Below are positions 30,758 to 40,600 of a stretch of 64,000 nucleotides of DNA, piece after piece (position 1 is the first letter of the stretch; every line of letters starts with the position of its first letter). A model generated the notes under the pieces. That model ran no database searches. It worked only from the letters and a program-made list of their open reading frames with translations, and was not told the origin of the DNA. The translations under genes and the position numbers were made by a program. Origin of the DNA: an uncultured Clostridium sp. (GTDB taxonomy: Bacteria > Bacillota > Clostridia > Christensenellales > CAG-138); contig UQNF01000003.1 in NCBI GenBank assembly GCA_900542285.1, positions 15,585 through 79,584 on the forward strand, given 5' to 3'.

Positions 30758-31951
30758 TTAGTGGGTTTCGTTATACTTCCTGATGCCCATTGCGAGCAGA
30801 TCCATTGCCCTTTCAAGGTCAGCCTGCTTAAGGACATAGGCAATGCGTATCTCATTGCGTCCCTTGCCGGGAGTAGCGTAGAAGCCTTCACCGGGCGCGA
30901 ACATAACGGTGTCGCCGTTGTCGTCAAAGTCGGTGAGCAGCCACTGCTGGAAGGTATCGGCGTTATCCACGGGAAGAGCAGCCATCATATAGAATGCGCC
31001 CTGGGGAGCGGTAACGACTACGCCGGGGATCTCGAGCAGCTTTGCATAACAGGTATCCCTGCGGAGCTTGTATTCCCTGCGAACCGCATCGAAGTATTCG
31101 GAATCAACATCGTACAGAGCAGCCGATGCGACCTGGTCGAGGGTGGCGACGGAAAGCCTTGCCTGACAGAACTTGAGCAGCTGCTGCTGGAGAAGCTTAT
31201 TGCGGGTGATAATGGTACCGATACGGGCACCGCAAGCGGAGAAGCGCTTGGAGACGGAGTCGATGATAACAGCGTTTTCGCTGATGTCGTCAAATTCACC
31301 AATGGTTGCAAGCTTTTCACCGCCGTAAACGAACTCGCGGTAAACCTCGTCACCAATCACAAACAGGTCATGCTCTTTGGCAACGTCTGCAATGGTGCGG
31401 AGCTCATCATGGGTGAGCACGACGCCGGTGGGGTTTCCGGGGTTGGTGAACATGATCGCGCGGGTGTTTTCGTTAATAAGAGCTTCAAGCTTTTCGCGGA
31501 AAGCATAGCGATAGCCTTCCTCAGGGGTAGTGGTGAGAGGACGGATAGTGCCGCCTGCACTCTTGATAAAGGTATTGTAGTTGGGATAGAAGGGTTCGGG
31601 GATGATAACCTCGCTTCCGGGATCCAGAATGCTGAGCATGAGCATCTGGAGGGCTTCGCTGCCGCCGGTGGTGATGAGGATATCGCTCTCCTCATAATGA
31701 ATACCAAGGTCTTCATAGTACTTCTGTACTGCCTTGATGAGTATTGGCATACCGGGGGAAGCTGCATATTCGAGAACGGGAAGCTCAAAATTCTTAACTG
31801 CATCAAAGTATGCGGGCGGGGTAGCGATATCGGGCTGACCGATATTGAGATGGTAAATCTTCTTTCCCTGCTTTTCGGCGGCTACTGCATAGGGATGGAA
31901 CTTGCGCATAGGAGAAAGATTGCAAGCCATTGCTTTTTGTGAGATTTTCAT
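30758..31951 (-). CDS. Class I/II PLP-dependent aminotransferase (aspartate aminotransferase-like)
   Basis: LNIGQPD, TGGSEAL, NPGNPTG, and SVSKRFSACGARIG containing the PLP lysine. ATG at 31951 follows AGGAGGA; the track ORF to 32041 is an extension. Confidence 0.88.
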   Translation of the reverse strand: MKISQKAMACNLSPMRKFHPYAVAAEKQGKKIYHLNIGQPDIATPPAYFDAVKNFELPVLEYAASPGMPILIKAVQKYYEDLGIHYEESDILITTGGSEALQMLMLSILDPGSEVIIPEPFYPNYNTFIKSAGGTIRPLTTTPEEGYRYAFREKLEALINENTRAIMFTNPGNPTGVVLTHDELRTIADVAKEHDLFVIGDEVYREFVYGGEKLATIGEFDDISENAVIIDSVSKRFSACGARIGTIITRNKLLQQQLLKFCQARLSVATLDQVASAALYDVDSEYFDAVRREYKLRRDTCYAKLLEIPGVVVTAPQGAFYMMAALPVDNADTFQQWLLTDFDDNGDTVMFAPGEGFYATPGKGRNEIRIAYVLKQADLERAMDLLAMGIRKYNETH

Positions 31952-32086
31952 TGAATCCTCCAAACAAATAATCATTAGGGCAAAAAGCGGCTGTCCTATC
32001 GGGCAGCTCTTCAGCCCACGAACATAAAGCAATTTTAGCACTTCGTTCGTGATTTTGCAACGGTATTTATTAAGACGATGGATATA

Positions 32087-32692
32087 TTAGCAGCTTTTAG
32101 TTTGTACTTTTGAAATTTGCGCTGCTTTTGCTATTTCCTTAATATCATAAACGGCATATTGAATGAGTGCATTGAGCATCAGAATCATGTCTGCAATGCA
32201 CAGCCACATGGATAGGGTGGGGGATATGCCGGGAAATATGATATGCACTGCCATGACTGCAACGGTGACGGTAGTGCTCAGCTTTCCGTACCATTTGGCG
32301 CTGTAAACCCTTCCGGTATACCTGATGACAAGAAGGCCCAGAACCAGCATGGAAAGCTCCTTTGCTGCAAAGACTGCAAACAGTATCCGCATCCATTTGA
32401 ATCTAAGCATAAGGCAGATTATCACAGCAGCATGAGTCAGCTTATCAGCAATCGGATCGAGCACTTTGCCGAGATCTGTCACCTGCCCCAGTGACCTTGC
32501 GATGTATCCGTCAAACACGTCAGAAAGCGTTGAAATGAGCAGAACGGCGAACGCAAGCTCAGTATTGTCGCTGGTATATAGTACAATGAATACGGGTATC
32601 AATATGATCCTAAACAAGGAAAGCATATTGGGTATGGTCAATACCTGTTCACCGCTGAACCAGCTGTTTTTACCTGCTTGTTGATACTTCAT
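32087..32692 (-). CDS. pgsA: CDP-alcohol phosphatidyltransferase (PgsA-like)
   Basis: PNMLSLFRI, then DVFDGYIAR.....T..GKVLDPIADK, which matches the DG(x2)AR(x8)G(x3)D(x3)D motif. Confidence 0.85.
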   Translation of the reverse strand: MKYQQAGKNSWFSGEQVLTIPNMLSLFRIILIPVFIVLYTSDNTELAFAVLLISTLSDVFDGYIARSLGQVTDLGKVLDPIADKLTHAAVIICLMLRFKWMRILFAVFAAKELSMLVLGLLVIRYTGRVYSAKWYGKLSTTVTVAVMAVHIIFPGISPTLSMWLCIADMILMLNALIQYAVYDIKEIAKAAQISKVQTKSC

Positions 32693-32929
32693 ATTTCCCT
32701 CCGAAGTAAACACCTATTTACAGTATTTGTTGATATCTATTAGCACTATACCACCAAATCTTTCTTCTTTTCATCAATTCCAGTACATAATTCGATATTT
32801 TATCCATTTATTGGCGGCAGACCAATACGAGAATAATATATTATTATTAAATCTATCGGGGAACTGTCATATGTGGTAAAATTGATATGTTGGTTTTACC
32901 GACAAATAGATAAAAGTTAGGAGAAAAAC

Positions 32930-35335
32930 ATGAAGAGAATTATCAGCGTCTTACTGTCCGTCATGCTTCTCATGACTATCGTTCCGGTAGCAGCAGAAAC
33001 AAAAACGGATGCAGACACTCGCCTTATCAATCAGGGCGTACTTGAGATAGATGATGACGGCAGCGACGGCTATTCGGGAGATTATGTCGTTATCTACAAC
33101 CCGAGCACCAGCGCATATTCGGATGTAAGCACCGGCAACATGAGCGGTCTTATCGAAACCGAGATTGGTACATCGCTGATCGGCAGAATGGATGCCGTCA
33201 AGAGCGATAGGCCGTATAGGATTGATATCGATTCAGAGCTTGCAGATAAAAATGAAAAAGCTCCCGAGTTCGCATCCGAAAAATCCATTTCCTTTGAAGT
33301 AGGCGATACGCATGTTTTCAGCATCAATTCAAGCTATTGTCCGCTTCCGAGTACAAGCGTTGAGTTCGAGGTGCTTGCCAAGGGTGAACATTGCTATATT
33401 TGGACCCCGACGTCTACCGCTTCGAATGTATACCCCCTGGACAGCATCGACTCGAGCTTCGGCCAGCTCTGCGCCGATGAGTTCGATTCAAAGTTTGACC
33501 TTATGCAATCCTCCTTCGGCAACCATTCAAACGGAAGTCAGGGCGATGGCAGGCTGAACATACTGTATTACAATATTGATGACGGTTGGACTCCCGGCAA
33601 TGGTTACGTGGCAGGCTTCTTCTCCTCCGCAGATCTGGCAAGCAATGGTATGCCCATTCTGAACATCGATACCTATCCCGGCGTTTATTATGTAACTACT
33701 GATGGCGAAGTCATAGCCGATGTTACGGATACTTACGGTACCATGGTGCACGAATACCAGCATCTCATCAACTATTCGGAGTGCGGCTACAGCGATACAT
33801 GGCTCAATGAATGCATGAGTGCCGCTGCTGAGGAGATCTGTTACCCAGGCAGCAGCATAGCTCCGAGGATCCAGTCTTGGATGAACTATAAGTTCAGCGT
33901 GAACGACGATTGGCTCAATCCTCCTGCAGAGCATGAGTACCAGTCCTCCTGGAGCCTCCACAACGGCTTCTCGATGTATGATTGGAGCAACTGGCTCGAT
34001 ATGTCCGATAGGCTTGCGCTTTATGCCCAGGTATCGCTTTATGCTCAGTACATTTACACCCAGTACGGCAACTCCACCTTCCGCGCGATCCTCGAGAGGC
34101 TTGCAAACGGTCAGGAATTCCAGTATGCGTTCCAGAATGTAACCGGGCAGAGCGCATCCGAATTCACAAGGAATTTCCGTATTGCGCTTACCGCAAATGA
34201 TCCCAACGCTGAGGATGGCATCTATGGCTTCAGTATGCAGGAGGGGTATGATCCTTCACAGTATCATGACGTAGAAAACCTGTATAACTGGCTTTCTCCC
34301 GTTGTGTTCACGGGCAGCTCATGCACAATCTCGGGCGGCGGTGCAATCACCATTAAGCCCGTTGACGGCGTTTACTATCCGCCTGCAGGCGCCGGAAGCT
34401 CGCTTGAGTATTATGGCATCACGCTCGATGCTATTCCGCCTGAACCCGTTCCGCTAACCAACATCAGCATCAACCCCACTTCGGTCAGCGTTTATACCGG
34501 AGCGACCGCAAGGCTGACCGCTGTAAGGGAACCCGAAAACGCCAATAATTATGAGCTGACATGGACTTCTTCCAACAGCAGCGTTGCAACGGTTAGCGGC
34601 AACAACAGGTTTGCAACCGTTACCGGAGTATCTCAGGGTACCGCCACTATCACCTGTACCGCACATGATCTTCTAAATGACCGAACCTATACTTCAACTG
34701 CAGCGGTTACCGTATTGGGCATGCCCACCGTTAACGATGCGCTTAATGTTGAAAACGGCACGCTGGAGTTTACCACAGGCTCAACATATCCTTGGGAAGT
34801 CGTATTCACCGCTGACGGCAGGGTTGCGGCTAAGAGCAGCAACGAGGGCGTTGAAAGCTCGAGCTCAACCATTACTCTAACGGTCAATATGAATGCCGGC
34901 GACACAATGAGCTTCGATTGGAGCGTAAGCAGTGAATCCAACTATGATAAGCTCTTCTTTAAGGTAAACAATGTCGAGCAGTCCAATATCTCCGGCTCCG
35001 TTGCGTGGACCACTGTGTCCTATACGGCGGCAACCACCGGCAGCTACACCTTTACATGGGTCTATAGCAAGGATGGCAGCGTCAATCGTGACGAGGACTG
35101 TGGCTATCTCGACAATGTCAACGTGCCCGGCTATACCGGCGGCAGCGAATATGAGCTTGGCGATGTAAATATGAACGGCAGCGTAGATATGAACGATGTT
35201 ACTCTCGTTATGCGCCATGCTATGGGCCTTATCAGCCTCAGCAGCGAACAGTGTCAGCTTGCGGATTACAACCGTGACGGCAATGTCAATACGGCCGATG
35301 CAGCCGCTATAATGCGTCGTGCAATGGGAATATAA
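32930..35335 (+). CDS. Secreted HExxH zinc metallopeptidase (hyicolysin/M30-like motif context) with Big_2 domain and C-terminal dockerin
   Basis: Signal peptide. TMVHEYQHLINY (HEYQH at 33749-33763). Big_2-like segment ISINPTSVSVYTGATARLTAV...SSNSSVATVS..G.VTGVSQGTATITCTA. Dockerin GDVNMNGSVDMNDV...ADYNRDGNVNTADA. Confidence 0.7.
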   Translation: MKRIISVLLSVMLLMTIVPVAAETKTDADTRLINQGVLEIDDDGSDGYSGDYVVIYNPSTSAYSDVSTGNMSGLIETEIGTSLIGRMDAVKSDRPYRIDIDSELADKNEKAPEFASEKSISFEVGDTHVFSINSSYCPLPSTSVEFEVLAKGEHCYIWTPTSTASNVYPLDSIDSSFGQLCADEFDSKFDLMQSSFGNHSNGSQGDGRLNILYYNIDDGWTPGNGYVAGFFSSADLASNGMPILNIDTYPGVYYVTTDGEVIADVTDTYGTMVHEYQHLINYSECGYSDTWLNECMSAAAEEICYPGSSIAPRIQSWMNYKFSVNDDWLNPPAEHEYQSSWSLHNGFSMYDWSNWLDMSDRLALYAQVSLYAQYIYTQYGNSTFRAILERLANGQEFQYAFQNVTGQSASEFTRNFRIALTANDPNAEDGIYGFSMQEGYDPSQYHDVENLYNWLSPVVFTGSSCTISGGGAITIKPVDGVYYPPAGAGSSLEYYGITLDAIPPEPVPLTNISINPTSVSVYTGATARLTAVREPENANNYELTWTSSNSSVATVSGNNRFATVTGVSQGTATITCTAHDLLNDRTYTSTAAVTVLGMPTVNDALNVENGTLEFTTGSTYPWEVVFTADGRVAAKSSNEGVESSSSTITLTVNMNAGDTMSFDWSVSSESNYDKLFFKVNNVEQSNISGSVAWTTVSYTAATTGSYTFTWVYSKDGSVNRDEDCGYLDNVNVPGYTGGSEYELGDVNMNGSVDMNDVTLVMRHAMGLISLSSEQCQLADYNRDGNVNTADAAAIMRRAMGI

Positions 35336-35360
35336 CATAGTATTTCCGCATTGATTAGTT

Positions 35361-35396
35361 CGGATGGGTATGGTATCATATACCCATCCGTTTCTT
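35361..35396 (+). terminator. Rho-independent terminator after the dockerin protease gene
   Basis: 11-bp perfect stem CGGATGGGTAT/ATACCCATCCG followed by TTTCTT. Confidence 0.75.
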
Positions 35397-35411
35397 ATAG
35401 GAGATCGTATT

Positions 35412-36020
35412 ATGAAGATTATTGTTACCGGGTTTGAACCCTTTGGAAATGAAACAGTCAATCCATCGTGGGAGGCCGTAAAGGCGCTGCCCGATGTTGC
35501 AGCAGGCGTTGAGCTTGTCAAACTGGAGCTGCCCGTGGTCTATGATACCTGCGGATTCCTGATAGGGCAGGCGATAGCCGCGCATGAGCCTGCTGCGGTC
35601 ATGCTCGTGGGTCAGGCAGGCGGAAGATCATGCATTACTCCCGAATTTGTGGCAATAAACCAGCGTGACGGAATTGCCGATAATTCGGGAAAGGCATACA
35701 GCGGAACCAAAATAGCAGACAACGGCCCGGATGCGTTTTTTTCAACGCTTCCGGTAAGAAAGATGGTGGAGCGCATGAACGAAGCAGGCATACCTGCGAA
35801 GATTAGCTATACCGCAGGAACCTATGTCTGCAATAATCTGATGTACGAAGCACTCCGCCTGACGGAAAAGACCGAAACGATATGCGGATTTGTGCATATT
35901 CCGTTTTCTTCGGAGCAAGCGGCAGCGCATGGCGGCTCGTATCCAAGCATGGAAACAGCTTTATGTACTCGGGGACTAATGAAATGCCTTGAGGTGATAA
36001 TAGAGCAGATAAGAGCATAA
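35412..36020 (+). CDS. pcp: Pyroglutamyl-peptidase I
   Basis: MKIIVTGFEPFGNETVNPSW, GQAGGR, SYTAGTYVCN (catalytic Cys), GFVHIP. Confidence 0.93.
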   Translation: MKIIVTGFEPFGNETVNPSWEAVKALPDVAAGVELVKLELPVVYDTCGFLIGQAIAAHEPAAVMLVGQAGGRSCITPEFVAINQRDGIADNSGKAYSGTKIADNGPDAFFSTLPVRKMVERMNEAGIPAKISYTAGTYVCNNLMYEALRLTEKTETICGFVHIPFSSEQAAAHGGSYPSMETALCTRGLMKCLEVIIEQIRA

Positions 36021-36021
36021 C

Positions 36022-36053
36022 AAAAAAGCAGAGGCTCGAAACCTCTGCTTTTA
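36022..36053. terminator. Bidirectional rho-independent terminator (ends pcp and the minus-strand fibre operon)
   Basis: AAAAA-AGCAGAGG-CTCGAAA-CCTCTGCT-TTTT. 8-bp stem flanked by an A-run and a T-run. Confidence 0.85.
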
Positions 36054-36069
36054 ATTTGCTATTTTGCAG

Positions 36070-36297
36070 CTATTTAGCGCACTCATTACCGCTGCGCCTC
36101 CGGTCGGTTTCTTTCCCGTAAAGCCTCATGGCGCAGTCGTGGCAAAGCTGTCCGACGCCTTCCACATAACCCATGCGGAAATCGATGTGCAGGCTTCGGG
36201 GTGTGTTTGTAGGCCGTCCGCACAGAACGCAGGTCTCGTACCTGTCATCATGTTCCGTGGCTTGGCTTGCTTCTATCTTTTCTGCGGCTTTATACAT
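36070..36297 (-). CDS. Small zinc-ribbon protein (function unknown), last ORF before the operon terminator
   Basis: CVLCG...CHDC. ATG 36297 is preceded by GGAG at 8 nt; the upstream ATG 36348 is also possible. No terminator separates it from the preceding gene. Confidence 0.45.
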   Translation of the reverse strand: MYKAAEKIEASQATEHDDRYETCVLCGRPTNTPRSLHIDFRMGYVEGVGQLCHDCAMRLYGKETDRRRSGNECAK

Positions 36298-36367
36298 ATG
36301 TTCATCTCCAATGAATGACGGTGAAGCCGAATGGGTCGGCAGCTTCACCGTCGGGTCTTAGTGTGCT

Positions 36368-37099
36368 TTATTTCTCCACTGAACTGCGTTTTCTGCTCTT
36401 TTTTAGCAGCACTGCGCAGCCTATCACAGCGCCCAATGCGACGAGCACAACGCCGAAATCAAAGCGGCTTGCTTCGCCGGTAGGGGGAGCAGGAGGCGCG
36501 GAGGGTTCCTCTGAGGGCTCCTCTGAGGGCTCAGAGGAAGGTTCCTCGGAAGGCTCAGGAGAGGGTTCGGGAGTTGGGGTTGGAGGAATGAACTCTTCCT
36601 CAACGCTGAACACCCAGGTAATGGTTCCCACTGCGTTCTGGAACTCATCGCCCATTTCAAGAGAGGCATTGAGCGACAGATCGAGCGTGATCTCAGCGCC
36701 GGCGGCGAATTCGCCAAGCAGAACGCCGTAGCCATCATCATCCGCAAGGCCGCCCTGTTCGTTGGCCGGGGCATTGAATATCTCGGATTCGCCGTTATTG
36801 ACCGTTAGGGTGAAATACGAAAGGAATTCCGCATCCGCAGGGTCAACAGGCAGTGCCTTGAGATAGATGCCAACGGTCATATCGCTCGAATTGCGAATCA
36901 GGATCTGCTGCTCGAGAGAATCACCGGGCATAACACCCTTAAAATTGGAGAACAGGTCGGTCGATTCTGGGGTGAATACGAACTCGTTCTCTTCGCCGGT
37001 GAAATCCACGGTCGGAAGCCCATCGGCAAAGGCGTTGGCGCATGCAAGCGCAAGGCAGGCGACAAGCATCAGAGCAACAAGCTTAAATTTTTTTCTCAT
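36368..37099 (-). CDS. TasA/camelysin-like protein with Sec signal peptide, PEPS-rich linker and C-terminal APPTG + TM + basic-tail sorting signal
   Basis: Signal peptide ends ANAFA|DG. FKGVMPGDSLEQQILIRNSSD..VGIYLKA is TasA-like (compare VMPGDTIAKVVKIENTGD in the 40976-41527 product). The C-terminus reads PPAPPTGEASRFDFGVVLVALGAVIGCAVLLKKSRKRS. Confidence 0.65.
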   Translation of the reverse strand: MRKKFKLVALMLVACLALACANAFADGLPTVDFTGEENEFVFTPESTDLFSNFKGVMPGDSLEQQILIRNSSDMTVGIYLKALPVDPADAEFLSYFTLTVNNGESEIFNAPANEQGGLADDDGYGVLLGEFAAGAEITLDLSLNASLEMGDEFQNAVGTITWVFSVEEEFIPPTPTPEPSPEPSEEPSSEPSEEPSEEPSAPPAPPTGEASRFDFGVVLVALGAVIGCAVLLKKSRKRSSVEK

Positions 37100-37101
37100 A
37101 C

Positions 37102-37695
37102 TCAGTTACCTCCTTGTTCCGTCTTGGCGAGTGTGCCATCCGTACAAACTACTACCGGCCATACCGTTTCGACTGTCGAAGTCGGGAGCGACTGGACGGC
37201 GGAGGCGATGACCTGAAGCTCAAAATCGTACTCGTGCTCTCCATCTTTTACGGTACAGCTCTTGATAAGAATGGGAGTGTATTCGTCCGGCTTGATAAAG
37301 GTCTTGCAGTAGTAGAAACCATCAGTACCTTTGAACCAGAATTGATTGAAATCATCTCCCAAAGTGATGTTGCAATCATCGAGGTAAGCAGGCTTTGCGG
37401 CAATATTGCCCTCATCGTCCACCCATGCCGGAACCAGCGCAACGCGGATATACGCAGGAACGTTACCGGTGTTCTTTATTCTGACATTCTGCTTGGTTGT
37501 ACCATTGAACGTCTCATCAACCTGTATGGTAACTTCACCCGGAGTGAACTCGTTTACAACAGGTCCGGGAGTGCTGATAAGCCATGCCAAGCTGCCGGAT
37601 ACGGCCGCACAGGCGAGAATACAGACGCAGAATGCTATCAGAAACGGCTTGATGGACCGTTTGGGCTTGCGCGAATAGGTTTTAATCTGCCTCAT
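37102..37695 (-). CDS. SipW-class signal peptide protein, TasA-like paralog
   Basis: N-terminus ...SGSLAWLISTPGPVVNEFTPGEVTIQVDE, then VRIKNTGNVPAYIRVALV. Its start overlaps the stop of the vWA gene by 14 nt. Confidence 0.7.
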   Translation of the reverse strand: MRQIKTYSRKPKRSIKPFLIAFCVCILACAAVSGSLAWLISTPGPVVNEFTPGEVTIQVDETFNGTTKQNVRIKNTGNVPAYIRVALVPAWVDDEGNIAAKPAYLDDCNITLGDDFNQFWFKGTDGFYYCKTFIKPDEYTPILIKSCTVKDGEHEYDFELQVIASAVQSLPTSTVETVWPVVVCTDGTLAKTEQGGN

Positions 37696-40600
37696 CGGTC
37701 AAGTCCTCCTTTCCGGGGATGATAGCGGGCATTGGGCTGTATTCCGGACTGCCATTGGAGTCAAAGACGTTCGTTGCCACTGCTTCATCGCTGAGCCAGA
37801 ACTCGTTGTTAAGTCTGTTGGTCATTGTGACGATTGCTTCTTCGGGGCTTTCGGCGGGAAGCGTTGCTAAGACGCCATTTTGTTCTTCAACAAGCTCATA
37901 TCTCCAGGACCATTTGGTGTCCTCGCTGACGGTGTAGGTGCCGACAGGAAGGCCTACAATCGTACGGCTGCCTGCACCGACAATGAGAACATTGTAATCG
38001 GCTGGGCTAAGTATAGTGACCCCTTCTTTCGTAGTAAGTCCGGGGTAACTGACCGTGAAGATAAAGCTCTGTTCCGCATCCAGAAGCCGGCTGCCTTCTG
38101 CGATAGCCTTTTTAACCGTCAATGAGCAGGTGTTGACATGCAGTATGAACTTACACGGAACTGCACCTTCTGTACCGAAGTCACAGCCTGAGTGCTCACA
38201 TTCATCATGCACAAAGCTCACATGGCGATCAATATCGGTTTCGCCGATCTTTACCGATACATTGACCGGGATATCATCGGGAACGACGATATAGCCTTTC
38301 TTAATGGCATTCTCGGGCGTTGTGGCATAGTCAAGCTTAAGCGTGGGTGCGCTGCCCTCCATAGTCACCGAACTGTCCACAGTTTCGCCATGCTTCCAAG
38401 CAACGGGCTTATAGTTTGCCGTATAATCCGTATACTGTCCGCCATACCAGACCTCGCTGTCAGCGAAGGTGAGGACGGGCTTAAAGACATTGATTGTGCC
38501 TTCGTCGTAGCCTGACTGCTGAGTTGCAAGAGTCCCGGGTAGGAGATTACCATCTTTGTCATAACCGGTATCGGGCTTAGGCGATACCGTAACGGTGATG
38601 GAATATGTTGTGTCATCGGACAGTTCGTCAATGCCATCTGTGACAGCATGGCCGCTTGCATCCTTGATAACAACGCTTATGTTCACATACTCCGTTTGCC
38701 AGGTTTCAAGACCGTAGTTATTATCTGCCGCTGCCAGATTAAGTGAGACGCCTCCGACGGTGACGGTCGCATCTTCCTTGAGCTGCGCTGCGGTCAGGCC
38801 GTTCAGCAGATATACGTTCTTGTCGCTTGCGGTTACGGAAACTTCGCCAATCGGAACGTTTACCTCGGGACGCTCAAATGTCAACACCGGGTTAATGGCG
38901 CTACTATTCTCGTACACGCCGGCATTCGCATTGGTGTACACATTGTTGCCGCCAAGGAAGCCGGCTTTCGGGCTGACGGTGAATCTTATCACCAGCTTGT
39001 GGCCGTGGTAAGTAACTTCACCGTTATTGGTTACAGTTCCTACATAGTGTTCGGCAAAGTCAAAGTTGGTAACACTAACCTGACTGCCAAATATACTAGC
39101 CGTTGCGCCCATTGGATCATCTTGATTCATCGAATCAACGTTTCTTCTCCATGTGTATTTATTATCGCCGTTCTTACCGATGCAGGCATAGGTCTTAAGC
39201 GTAATATCTTCAGCCGTTGTGCCTTCCGGTAAAGTGAATGCAGGGGCGATGATGTCCCTGATGACGGTATGTTCGCTCAGGGTAGTGGAGGAACCACCGG
39301 TTTCTATCTGTTGGCTGATCTTCTCAAAGATATCGTTGAGAGCATCAGCGTCGCCTGCGGAAAGATAGTAGCTTGGGCTCTGCACATTACCGTTGTTGGA
39401 AGACAGATTCTGCATGAACCAGTTGGCTTTTTGGGTATCGTTTCCGCTTGAGCTACCTGCGCTTGTTGCATCTGCACCATCAAATATACCAACGGTATAA
39501 ACAGTTGCACCATAGGTGCTTTTTGCAGTGCTTCCTTGCGATATGGCAGCATTTCCTACGGTGCTGTTATATCTTCCGGTGCCAGGCAAGCCATCAGTGA
39601 AAACGATTACGACACGATTTCGCTTTGTCCCTTCTTCAATCTTGTTGACATTCAGAATACCGTTTGCCATCTCCATTCCCAGATCAGTGAAGGTTCCGCC
39701 ATATGCGTCCAAAGCTTTAATTGAGTTCGCAATATTGTTTTTCCCTATTGATGTGTTCATGCTTTGCAACGCATTGCTATACTGAGCAATTGCAGAGTTA
39801 CCATAAGTGTATTGTGTAGCACCGACAAATACTTCTGTGTTTTCATATTTGTCTTCATTGTATTCTGTTCCACTTGATGCAAAGCCAACAACTGCAATAC
39901 GGTGATTAACATCGTCTTCCGTTCCCATCTGACCATCCTTGCCCTTTGCTTTCACAGCTACCGCATTGGCAAATGCAGTTACAGCATTCTTCAATGCTTC
40001 AAGGCGAGTGGTTTCCACAGCAGTCCTCAGATATAGTTTATTATGGATTTCTGGAACAGTGTCCGGTCTATCTGATTCATATGAACCTTCTGACCATGAA
40101 TATGTATACTTAAAGTATCCTCTAATAAGGAAAACAGTCCAAATCCAATCCCTGCTTACTGATACCTGAGCATAACTACCATCATCAAGCTTATAAAAGA
40201 GATTATTTTGCTGATAGTAGTAGTCCGAGTTCGTCATATCGAAATAACTATCATATTTATAACTGCTGGTGAAGCTATCAGCCATACTTCCCGACTGGTC
40301 AAGCACCAGAACGATATCGGTGGGGATATACTCCGTAACCTCGGTGATGACCTTTTCACCGGTTGCATAGGCCTCCAGAGTGATGGTATAGGTACCGTCT
40401 CCGTTCGCAACGGCGTTTTTCGTTATCTCCATACCGCTGTCACCATTTCCGCTGCCCGTATCGTCGCCGGATACGGATGCGCCGCGAGTGGGCGAGCCGC
40501 AAACCGGGTCGAGCAGGGGAGCGACATTGGTGAAGTTGACAGTTGTATAAACATACTCAAGGTCGCCATCCTCTTCGGCGGCGGCGATAAGCTCGTTTAT

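Noticed and set aside
30761-31942. 393-aa plus-strand ORF covering the aminotransferase locus
   Set aside because: It is an exact antisense shadow of a well-supported minus-strand aminotransferase with clear PLP motifs. It has no RBS or recognisable motifs and a biased Gly/Asp/Val composition typical of antisense frames.
34877-35521. 214-aa minus-strand ORF across the dockerin region, terminator and pcp start
   Set aside because: It crosses a strong terminator and two real genes on the opposite strand, so it is not plausible as a gene.
36315-36731. 138-aa plus-strand ORF with SSEGSSEGSEEGSSEGSGEGSG repeats
   Set aside because: It is the antisense reading of the PEPS-rich linker of the minus-strand anchored subunit. 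The repeat is explained by that gene.
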